Below, one piece after another: positions 1 through 8,768 of a stretch of 59,435 bases of DNA. Made by a program: the position numbers and the translations under genes. How positions within the stretch are numbered: position 1 is the first letter of the stretch; every line of letters starts with the position of its first letter. The notes beneath the pieces were generated by a model, which saw only the letters and a program-made list of their open reading frames with translations, was not told where the DNA came from and did not search any database. This stretch comes from Candidatus Enterousia sp. (GTDB lineage: Bacteria; Pseudomonadota; Alphaproteobacteria; Rs-D84): NCBI GenBank assembly GCA_045636045.1, contig JAZTWT010000008.1:1-59435 (forward strand), in the 5' to 3' direction.

Positions 1-1830
1 TCGGGTAAGGTTAATGCCGGTTATTATTCAACGGGTGGCGGTACCAGTGCAACACCAACCGCAAACGGTAATGGATGCGTTGGTTCTGGCAAAACTTGTG
101 GTTTGATTGCGGGCGGCTATTACGGTGGTGCCGGTGCAACATCCAATACGGGGTCGGGTACAGTATTCGCTGGACACTTCAGTACCGGTGGTGCCACAAA
201 TAACAGACCAACCGCTAATGATTGTGTCGGCACAAAATCAGATGGCACCGCGAATACATGCGGTCTGGTTGCGGCAGGTTATTGGACATCACACGGCAGT
301 AAAACCGCAACACCAACAAACAGTGAAACAGATTGTGTAAACGAACTGTGCGGTATTTTGGATGCGGGCTATTATTCGACAGGTGGTGCCACACGCAGTG
401 CCCCAACTGAAGTCGGTAATCATTGTTTTGGTACCGCATGTGGTCGTGTTGATGCAGGTTATTATTCAACCGGTGGTGGTACATCCGCATCTGGTTCATG
501 TATCAGTGGCCAGGAATGTGGACTGATTAAACTGGGTCTGTACAGTACATGTGGCGCAACCAGTGCCGGCGATACCGGTGGCAGCCTGGCAGATAAAGAC
601 TATCTGGATTGTGTCAGTGGTTGTGAATGTGGTCGTGTTGATGCAGGTTATTATTCAACCGGTGGTGGTACATCAAAAACACCAAATGGAAACGGCGATG
701 GCTGTATCGGCGATGGTAATACCTGTGGCACGGTTAATCCAGGATATTATTCACGTGGTGGCGCAGGAAACGCACAACCTACGGGGTATTTCTGCTGGGG
801 TTATAACACATATTCAGACGGAATCACAGGTTGTGGCCATGTTGATCCTGGTTATTACTCAACCGGCGGTGGTACAATGCCGAATGGTACATGTGTTTCT
901 GGCAAAAGCTGTGGTCCTGTTGCTGCTGGATATTACGCAACCGGTGGTGCAACATCCAATACTGGCAATGGCCAGGTCGCCGGTGGATATTTTGCGACCG
1001 GTGGCGCGACCAAGGCAGAACCATCTTCATCAGATTGTGTCGGCAGTGGTAATACATGTGGTTTGATTAGTGGTGGGTATTGGTCTGTGTCTGGTGCCAA
1101 GACCGCGACACCAACCGCCAAGACTGATTGCATCGGCATGGGCAATGATAACGAGTATTGTGGCGTTATTTCAGGTGGCTACTATTCAACAGCTGGTGCA
1201 ATATATAAATATCCTGCAACCCAGGGCGTTGATTGTGTTGGCGGTTCTGCATGTGGCAAGGTTAAGCCAGGCTATTACAACAATGGTTGTGGAATAAATG
1301 ATTCAGGTTCGGTATGCGACACAATAAAATACGAAGGTGGTGTCGTACCTGCAGGGTATTACACAACCGGTGGTTCGTCAATGTCGCCTGTTGCGGCCGG
1401 TTATTACTCAACCGGTGGTGGCACATCGGCCACGGGCACATGCCTCAGTGGTTATAAATGTGGCACGGTTGACGGTGGATACTATTCAACCGGTGGTGGT
1501 ATATCTGCAAATGGTACATGTATCGGTGGCAAAAGTTGTGGTTTGATTGATGCTGGTTATTATTCAACCGGTGGTGCAAAGAAGGCCAATCCATATCTGC
1601 CAAACAGTTGTGTTGGTGAAAAATCAGATGGTACTGCAAACACTTGTGGGTTGGTTAATGGTGGTTATTACTCGACCGGTGGTGCTATCAATCCTACACC
1701 AACCGCAAACGGTAATGGTTGCGTTGGCTCTGGTAAAACATGTGGCAAGGTTGCTGTGGCATACTATTCAAATGGTGGTGGTACATCTGCAGATGGTACA
1801 TGTATCGAAGGCCAAGTCTGTGGCACGTGT
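1..1830 (+). repeat. Coding tandem repeat array (GYYSTGG units of roughly 13-40 aa)
   Basis: About 21 units counted in the translation. An identical 48-bp segment lies at 438-485 and 627-674, and near-identical segments at 52-101 and 1696-1745. Confidence 0.9.
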
Positions 1831-4800
1831 AATTCCAACTATCGTGCTGGCACACTGACGGGTAAAACCACAGAATCTCAGTGCCAGGCATCCTGTGCAG
1901 CAGGCAAGCGTGTCGCAGAACCATATGCAGCATGTTCTGAACCGGCTGGTGCCTGGTTCACACCGGCGCATTTGGTTGACTATGGTCATATTTCGCCCGT
2001 AAACTATTGTATGGATGGGTATCAGTTAAATAATGAATTCCATACAGGCAGTGTGACGTCATGTGCACGCAATTTAAGTGGTGGCCAATATATGCCATCA
2101 ACACAGATTGCTGCGCGTTATATCAAGGTGACATCTGGTGGCAGTGCCCAAAATTCAGATACCCACATGTTGGAAATCCAGGCATTTGCATCAAACGATG
2201 GTACTGGTACGAACCTGTTATCTGGCAAGGGCGGAAACACGGGCAGCAAATTAACCGCGGCTACAAATGGTTCATGGACGCGTGGTGCCGGCGAATCCTA
2301 TGCCCAGGGTACAGATTTGATATGGGATTTGGGTTCTGTACAAAAACTGGGGTCATTAAAGTTTGCAATGTACACAGACGGTCGTGTATATAGGAATCTT
2401 GTGATTGCGGTATCAGAAAACAACCAGGATTACACAACTGTATTCCAGGATGCGGATTTCCAAACCCAGAACGCAACGGAGCCGACCCCGGATATGGTTG
2501 TTCTGTCTGCGTTGCCAAAATCGTGTGAAAGTGGTACTGTAAACCCAGGTAAAAAAGTTTTGCTTACACAAACGTCCAGCTGTACGGCATGTATGGGACG
2601 CACACAGTTTGCAAACACAATCTCACAGGTATGCACGACCATAGAAGAAGGCGAGTATACCACTGGATGTGATGCGAATGGTAATAAGTGTGCTTCTGCC
2701 AAATGGTGTGACGGTGCCGAATATTGTGTTGCAGGTGTTCGTTATGATTGCCCTGCGCCAGAAACAAATTGGACGGCTGGTACGGGTTCGGGTTGGACAA
2801 ATGTCACACAGTGTAATGAATACAGAAATGCTACGAATATCAGCACAGATTGCAGTTCTGGTCAGCTGGTTCGCAATGCGGTCAGTGCAACAGAATGGGC
2901 CAGCGAATTCACAGAAAAAGTGGCATTTAAAGCAGATCCTGGCGCATACATTGATCGAAGTGGCAGCCTGCCAACATGTACCCTGTGTGTTGCTGGCTCA
3001 TACAGTGCTGGCGGTACTGCAACTGCATGTACGGCATGTCCTGCAGGCAAAACCAACAGTTCGTCCAATTTAAGCACCTGTACAGGTACATGTTCGAATT
3101 CGGCGGGTGTGGCATCCGATGGTTGGGAAACAACAAAGTGGAACACGGATAACACTGTGACGAATTTGTGCACAATTAAGTCAAATGGTTGTTCTGCAAA
3201 TAATTACAAGAACAGCAACGCGTGTTCAACATGTTCCAGCGCGACCAAAAGTCTGTACACATTATCTGCTGCAGGCGCAACCAGCAAGAATGACTGTTAT
3301 CTGGAACCAACTGCAACAAAGTATGTTGCCAGTGCCGGTGCCGGTCAGGTATCGTGTGCCAAGGGTGGATATTGCTCAGGTTCAACCACGGCAAATCCGA
3401 TTAAGATTTACTTTGGTGGCACACATTCCAGCACGCACCCAACAACAGGTGGTCGTACCCAGTGCCCAGCCGGCAGTTATTGCACCGCAGGTGTAAGTGC
3501 TGCAACAACATGCACAACATTGGGTGGTGGTTTGTACAAGAACAGTGATGCAGGCTCGGACGAGCAGACAGACTGTCACTTTACAACAACGGGCGGCTAT
3601 TATATAGATGCATCAACCGACACCGCAGAAAAAGAGTGCGAAGCAAATTATTATTGCGAAGCGACCAAGCTGAACTATCCAAACACTGGCAGTCGTGCCA
3701 GCTGCCCGGATCCAACGGTCAGCACGAATGTCGAAACGATTTCAGATGTTGCGTGGTTGTCAACGGCATGTCCGGATGCAACAACCTCGAATTCCAGCGT
3801 CCAGTATGCAAAATGGCAAACCTGGGGTAATACAAAGGTGAAATCAAAATCAGCATGTCCAGCATTAATGTATGTTGACACACCGTGTGCAACATTCCAG
3901 ATACAAAGTGCGAAATTTAATACAACAACAGGTAAATACGATGCAGATAGCAGCTCCACACGAATTGCAAGTGTCGTTAATGCAGGATACTATTTCACGG
4001 AACCCTACATATCTACGTACTGCACAAATTCACCGACTGCATTGATGTACTATAAAACTGCGGCAAAGTGTCCTGAAAACAGCTATTGCCCTGGTGCAAC
4101 GGTACCAAGGTGCAACAGTGGCGAACATGTATACGGTGAACCATTTGGTAAATATGCGTGTTCATCACTGGGGGCGTTCTATACAACATCAGCGGCCGGT
4201 GCCAAGACAGACACGGCATGTTATGGAACAACAACCAAGACCAAATATATTGCAAAGGCCAATGATGCAACAGAATCCGTATGTGCAGAAAACGGCTATT
4301 GCCAGGGCGGTGTATCTGTTAACTATGGCAGTACAGGCGGCCGCACGGCATGTTCGGGTTCATATACCCTGGCGGCCAGTGGTTCAGATGATGCAAATGA
4401 TTGTTATCTGAAGACAACTGCAGGCAGCTATGTTAAATCCGCAGGTGCAGGTCAGACGACATGCCCGGCTGGTTCATGGTGCGTTGGTAATGTTGTCATC
4501 TATAAGGGTGGTTCGGTTTCTGGTCGCAACACAAGCGGTGGCAGCCAGCAATGTCCGGCGGGATATGATGATGGTACAACAGGATACAGCCTGGAATCAC
4601 AGTGTCTGATGAATGTTGACGGTGGTCACTATGTTGCAAGTGCAAAGGAAAGCACTGCCAGCGGTGTGTGTGATACAGGTTATGCCAAGATTGCACATAC
4701 AGTCCCATACGGCGAAACATCAAGTTGTAGCAAATGTACGGGCCCAACATATGCAAACGAAAAAGGTATGGAAAAATGTATGGAATGTCCAGCAGCAATA

Positions 4801-5382
4801 CGGTTGGCTGATAAAAAGCGTGGGTATTCTTATTATTCCGGTACTGGCAAAAATGATACTGTGTCAGGCTGTCGTGTAGAGTTAAACACAACAGAGTTAA
4901 CACATGGAACAACAACAGGCAATGGGATGCGTTGTAAGTATATTGAAGCCGATAAGGATTATGGCAATGGATATTGCGAACTGACGGTAGGCACAATGAA
5001 ATGTAATCCGGGGTATTATAGCAAGGGTGCTTCGACTTCGTATTGGGGTGTAACTGGCTATGAAAATTTACTTAATAATGCATGTATAGCGGTAGAAGAA
5101 GGGTATTGGTCACCTGCAGACAGTCTGACCCGTACGGCGTGTGCAAGCGGTCTGACAACATGTGGTTCGGGTCTGTGCGCGAACGAGGCCGGCGACTGTG
5201 GCCGCAAACTGCACGCCGGGGACAAGGTTATCCACCTGCGCAGTGAAAAACGCACAACGCCGACAATGGTTGTGAACATTGGTGGAACCAAGTTCTATGG
5301 AAACCTGGGCGCGGCGATTGCAAACAGCCTGCGTGTCAAGAACGGAACAAATAATTACTCGGTCGTCAATGACAACCAGTAA
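1..5382 (+). CDS. Giant Cys/Gly-rich repeat surface protein (>1790 aa, 5'-truncated by the window edge)
   Basis: Frame is open from base 1 (SGKVNAGYYSTGGGT...). It has about 21 'C-G-x-V-x-x-G-Y-Y-S-T-G-G' units, a discoidin-like insert, then CxAGxYC-type Cys-rich repeats and a Cys-free ~60-aa tail. A strong terminator follows. Confidence 0.9.
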   Translation, partial: SGKVNAGYYSTGGGTSATPTANGNGCVGSGKTCGLIAGGYYGGAGATSNTGSGTVFAGHFSTGGATNNRPTANDCVGTKSDGTANTCGLVAAGYWTSHGSKTATPTNSETDCVNELCGILDAGYYSTGGATRSAPTEVGNHCFGTACGRVDAGYYSTGGGTSASGSCISGQECGLIKLGLYSTCGATSAGDTGGSLADKDYLDCVSGCECGRVDAGYYSTGGGTSKTPNGNGDGCIGDGNTCGTVNPGYYSRGGAGNAQPTGYFCWGYNTYSDGITGCGHVDPGYYSTGGGTMPNGTCVSGKSCGPVAAGYYATGGATSNTGNGQVAGGYFATGGATKAEPSSSDCVGSGNTCGLISGGYWSVSGAKTATPTAKTDCIGMGNDNEYCGVISGGYYSTAGAIYKYPATQGVDCVGGSACGKVKPGYYNNGCGINDSGSVCDTIKYEGGVVPAGYYTTGGSSMSPVAAGYYSTGGGTSATGTCLSGYKCGTVDGGYYSTGGGISANGTCIGGKSCGLIDAGYYSTGGAKKANPYLPNSCVGEKSDGTANTCGLVNGGYYSTGGAINPTPTANGNGCVGSGKTCGKVAVAYYSNGGGTSADGTCIEGQVCGTCNSNYRAGTLTGKTTESQCQASCAAGKRVAEPYAACSEPAGAWFTPAHLVDYGHISPVNYCMDGYQLNNEFHTGSVTSCARNLSGGQYMPSTQIAARYIKVTSGGSAQNSDTHMLEIQAFASNDGTGTNLLSGKGGNTGSKLTAATNGSWTRGAGESYAQGTDLIWDLGSVQKLGSLKFAMYTDGRVYRNLVIAVSENNQDYTTVFQDADFQTQNATEPTPDMVVLSALPKSCESGTVNPGKKVLLTQTSSCTACMGRTQFANTISQVCTTIEEGEYTTGCDANGNKCASAKWCDGAEYCVAGVRYDCPAPETNWTAGTGSGWTNVTQCNEYRNATNISTDCSSGQLVRNAVSATEWASEFTEKVAFKADPGAYIDRSGSLPTCTLCVAGSYSAGGTATACTACPAGKTNSSSNLSTCTGTCSNSAGVASDGWETTKWNTDNTVTNLCTIKSNGCSANNYKNSNACSTCSSATKSLYTLSAAGATSKNDCYLEPTATKYVASAGAGQVSCAKGGYCSGSTTANPIKIYFGGTHSSTHPTTGGRTQCPAGSYCTAGVSAATTCTTLGGGLYKNSDAGSDEQTDCHFTTTGGYYIDASTDTAEKECEANYYCEATKLNYPNTGSRASCPDPTVSTNVETISDVAWLSTACPDATTSNSSVQYAKWQTWGNTKVKSKSACPALMYVDTPCATFQIQSAKFNTTTGKYDADSSSTRIASVVNAGYYFTEPYISTYCTNSPTALMYYKTAAKCPENSYCPGATVPRCNSGEHVYGEPFGKYACSSLGAFYTTSAAGAKTDTACYGTTTKTKYIAKANDATESVCAENGYCQGGVSVNYGSTGGRTACSGSYTLAASGSDDANDCYLKTTAGSYVKSAGAGQTTCPAGSWCVGNVVIYKGGSVSGRNTSGGSQQCPAGYDDGTTGYSLESQCLMNVDGGHYVASAKESTASGVCDTGYAKIAHTVPYGETSSCSKCTGPTYANEKGMEKCMECPAAIRLADKKRGYSYYSGTGKNDTVSGCRVELNTTELTHGTTTGNGMRCKYIEADKDYGNGYCELTVGTMKCNPGYYSKGASTSYWGVTGYENLLNNACIAVEEGYWSPADSLTRTACASGLTTCGSGLCANEAGDCGRKLHAGDKVIHLRSEKRTTPTMVVNIGGTKFYGNLGAAIANSLRVKNGTNNYSVVNDNQ

Positions 5383-5402
5383 TAATCAGGGAATCAAGGA
5401 AG

Positions 5403-5440
5403 GAAACAAAAGCCCCGGCAGAAGCCGGGGCTTTTGTTTC
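5403..5440 (+). terminator. Intrinsic terminator after the giant gene
   Basis: Perfect 17-bp inverted repeat gaaacaaaagccccggc-agaa-gccggggcttttgtttc. Confidence 0.85.
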
Positions 5441-5564
5441 GATAACATTGTCATGTGTCATTGCGCTGCGCATCCGTAGTGCCCAGCGTGTCGTACAAAG
5501 CCTTGGTGCAGCATGTGCCCCAGGCCCACAGGTTCAACATTTTTATACAAAACACAAAGTGTTT

Positions 5565-5634
5565 TGTCATCCCGGTGCCAGACACCGGGACCCAGGTTAT
5601 AGATTCCGTATTATTCATGCGCGTTGGAATGACA
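5565..5634. repeat. Palindromic REP/RPE-like element, copy 1
   Basis: tgtcatcccggtg-ccaga-caccgggacccaggtt ... ggaatgaca. It shares its layout and the gggacccaggtt segment with 21669-21702. Confidence 0.55.
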
Positions 5635-5665
5635 TGTTTTTTTATTTCTTATGTATTTATACAGT

Positions 5666-5689
5666 AAAAAACACCCACCAAAATGGTGG
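5666..5689 (-). terminator. Intrinsic terminator for the XRE regulator gene
   Basis: ccacca-aaa-tggtgg hairpin followed by a U-tract on the minus strand. Confidence 0.55.
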
Positions 5690-5697
5690 ACGGTAAA

Positions 5698-6120
5698 TTA
5701 TTGATCTTGACCATTCAGAACACGCAACATTTTCATTACTACCTCGCGTTGCTCATCACTGGATAATTTCCAGTACAGATTGATTAACTGCAGTGTTTCA
5801 TTCTTTGCCAATGGATCATTTGACCCACCATCACGCAGACGTGCACGATTTATATGTCCATTTCGTGGTGTGCGCTCAATAAACCCTGGCAGCCCACAAA
5901 AGAAAAAAGAAACCGGTGTTTCCAACGCAACACTTAATTCAAATAATCGCGATGCAGATATGCGATTACCGGCTGATTCATATTTTTGTATCTGTTGAAA
6001 TGTCACGCCACACAGGTTTGCCAAATCTTTCTGGGACAGTCCCATCATAACACGGCGCAGTTGCATGCGCTGACCAATATGTTCATCAATAGAATTTGGT
6101 ATGGATGTTTTATTGCTCAT
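5698..6120 (-). CDS. XRE/Cro-C1 family helix-turn-helix transcriptional regulator
   Basis: IDEHIGQRMQLRR...LSQKDLA..CGVTFQQIQKYESAGNRISASRL is the typical alphaproteobacterial XRE signature. The ATG at 6120 is preceded by GAGGA. Confidence 0.9.
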   Translation of the reverse strand: MSNKTSIPNSIDEHIGQRMQLRRVMMGLSQKDLANLCGVTFQQIQKYESAGNRISASRLFELSVALETPVSFFFCGLPGFIERTPRNGHINRARLRDGGSNDPLAKNETLQLINLYWKLSSDEQREVVMKMLRVLNGQDQ

Positions 6121-6239
6121 ATTCTTTCCTCTACGCGTATTTTTAATGTGATATTTTATACAATTTTTCTTTTCCTTTTGCAATTAAAAAAGGCCTGTGA
6201 TACCCTGATGTTCTGACAAAGCACAAAGGGGAAATTAAC

Positions 6240-7712
6240 ATGAAAAAACCATTGGTATTATGTATTATGGATGGGGTTGGCATAAACCCAGAAACCGAAC
6301 ACAACGCGGTTGCACGCGCCAATATGCCATTCTTTGATGAATTATTAAAAAAGCATCCACATTCAAAACTGGATGCCAGTGGAACATCCGTTGGTCTGCC
6401 AGATGGCACCATGGGTAATTCTGAGGTTGGACACATCACAATCGGGGCAGGGCGTATTGTGAATCAATTCTTGCGACGTTTTCAAATCGAAGATTGGGAT
6501 AAAAACCCAGGTTTGAACCAGTTTATTGAATCTGTAAAAAAAGATAACGGCATCGTTCACGTCGCAGGACTGATGTCTGACGGTCGTGTACATGCAGATA
6601 TAAATGATATTTTAACCATAACAAAACACATTATTAAATCGGGATTGCGTGTCTGTATTCATTTTATTGCAGACGGTCGTGATACATTACCACAATCTGC
6701 ACCTGAATACATTGCACTAATCAAATCAGAACTGTCTGTTGAATTATCAGATGGCCGTGCGTTTTTTGGGACATTGTCTGGTCGTTATTATGCAATGGAC
6801 AGGAACCAGAACATGGAACGAACTGCATTGGCAATAAATGCGATTGCGAATGCCAAATCTGAATATCACGCAGAAACAATTGAGGCCGCATTGGCAGATG
6901 CATATTCACGCGGCGAAACCGATGAGTTTATTATGCCGACTGTAATTGATGGCGATGTGGCAATCACGCCGAATGATGGATTCTTGTTTGGTAATTATCG
7001 CAGTGATCGCGCCCGTCAAATCATGCGCGAGATTGTTAAAACAAATGCGCATATATTATGCTTTTCCCAATACGGCGAAGGATTAAACGAAGTCTGCCCA
7101 GCGTTACTGCCAGATATTGCGATTGAAAATACACTGGGCGATATCTTGGCGGCACATGGCTTGTCCCAGTTGCGCATTGCAGAAACAGAAAAGTATAATC
7201 ATGTCACATATTTCTTTGATTCAGAACGTAACATTGATTTTCCAAATGGAAAAAAAGTTCTGATTCCATCGCCGGATGTTGCGACATTTGATATGAAGCC
7301 CGAGATGTCCGCGATTGAAATCACAGATGCTTTGTTGCCAATCTTGGGCGATTATGATGTCGTTATTTTAAACTATGCCAACGGCGATATGGTTGGGCAT
7401 ACGGGTAATATGGATGCGACCGTGCGTGCGCTGGAAACACTGGATGCGCAACTGTCGCGCCTGGTGCCGGCGGTTTGTGCATTGGGTGGAACAATGTTGA
7501 TTACCGCAGACCATGGGAACGCAGAAAAGTTATGGGACAATGAAAACAATCTGCCATGGACAGCGCACACAACAAATCCTGTAAATTTAATTGTTGTGTC
7601 TGATAATATTAAATCAGTGCGCGATGGCGGCCTGGCCGATATTGCACCAACAATGTTAAGCATTTTAGGAATTGAAATCCCAGATGATATGACCGGAAAA
7701 TCATTGGTATAG
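6240..7712 (+). CDS. gpmI: 2,3-bisphosphoglycerate-independent phosphoglycerate mutase
   Basis: Motifs MGNSEVGH, DGRDT, GRYYAMDR, AETEKYNHVT, NGDMVGHTG, TADHGNAE and TAHT. Confidence 0.97.
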   Translation: MKKPLVLCIMDGVGINPETEHNAVARANMPFFDELLKKHPHSKLDASGTSVGLPDGTMGNSEVGHITIGAGRIVNQFLRRFQIEDWDKNPGLNQFIESVKKDNGIVHVAGLMSDGRVHADINDILTITKHIIKSGLRVCIHFIADGRDTLPQSAPEYIALIKSELSVELSDGRAFFGTLSGRYYAMDRNQNMERTALAINAIANAKSEYHAETIEAALADAYSRGETDEFIMPTVIDGDVAITPNDGFLFGNYRSDRARQIMREIVKTNAHILCFSQYGEGLNEVCPALLPDIAIENTLGDILAAHGLSQLRIAETEKYNHVTYFFDSERNIDFPNGKKVLIPSPDVATFDMKPEMSAIEITDALLPILGDYDVVILNYANGDMVGHTGNMDATVRALETLDAQLSRLVPAVCALGGTMLITADHGNAEKLWDNENNLPWTAHTTNPVNLIVVSDNIKSVRDGGLADIAPTMLSILGIEIPDDMTGKSLV

Positions 7713-7718
7713 CAACAT

Positions 7719-7752
7719 AAAACACCGCAAAAAAATTAGCGGTGTTTTTTTT
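7719..7752 (+). terminator. Intrinsic terminator after gpmI
   Basis: aaaacaccgc...gcggtgtttt followed by a T-run. Confidence 0.75.
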
Positions 7753-7836
7753 AAAAATAGTGCTTGCCTAACATACTAAATTTTTCCTATACTCAACATT
7801 GATTAAATAACACTTTATTATATCGGGGGGATAAAT

Positions 7837-8768
7837 ATGCGTATATTTATTTTACTTTTATCGCTGATACCGATGGTTGCAGGGGCGGATACGTTGACAT
7901 TGACGGATGCGTTGCGTGCGACATATGTATCATGCGTTGGAATTGATGATGAACTGGCTGAATTAAAGAAAATGGCTGGTATAAACACTGCGATTACTGC
8001 GGTTGGTACGGCGGCCGGCCTTGGTGCGACAGTCACTGGCTTGGTCAAGGCATCCAAGGATCGCACCGCCGAAGAACTGGAACAAATGTTGCGTGAAATT
8101 GATGCAATGCAGGCTGGTAATCAACCCCTGACCGCAGACGAATTCGAAGTGTTTTTCTCTGAATTTAACAAGGCGTATAATACCGAATTATCCAGCAAGG
8201 AATCCCTGCAGGAAGAATTGGATAAAACGGTTGCTCAGTCCAAGAAATTGGGTAATTGGCGTACTGGTTTGATGGCTGGTGCAACTGTGACCAACGTTGC
8301 CGGTGCGATTATTGCCGGTGGGAACAAGGTTGAAGGCGACCTGGCGCACAAATCGATAATTGCAAGGCCAGCATAAACAACCTGCGCAATTCAATCATGC
8401 AGGCGCGTATGAACGGCGAAGACGTGTCTGAGGCCCAGAATATCGTTTCCGTTTGTGGTGAATTTGAATACACCGACATTTCTAAAATTAATACCAAGGC
8501 CAAGGGGGCATTTATTTCGTCTGCAATTGGCGCGGCAACCGGTTTGGGTGGCACGGTGACATCTGCGATTGCGAACACGGATAAAACGCGCGACGACAAC
8601 ACCGATTCGGGAAAAAGGAAAGAAAAGGCATTAAACACAACCGCAAACGTTTTGGCGGGTGCAACATCTGTTGCATCGGCAACCGCCACAGTTTTTAACG
8701 CAACCCAAATCAGCGCAATTAAGAAAGTTGCCACAGTTGCATCAAAATGTACAGAGGTGTTGAAATGA
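7837..8768 (+). CDS. Exported glycine-zipper/coiled-coil protein, apparently one ~310-aa gene interrupted by a 1-nt frameshift near 8346 (ORFs 7837-8376 and 8397-8768)
   Basis: Signal peptide MRIFILLLSLIPMVAGA and four Gly/Ala/Thr-rich hydrophobic helices. The second frame is open from 8334 and reads AQIDNCKASINNLRNSIMQARM. The two halves resemble each other. Confidence 0.7.

Noticed and set aside
1-1830. CRISPR array or DGR suggested by recurring ggttattattcaaccggtggtg
   Set aside because: The repeats are in-frame coding units with synonymous variation and irregular spacing. There is no cas or reverse transcriptase gene in the window and no adenine-specific mismatch pattern.
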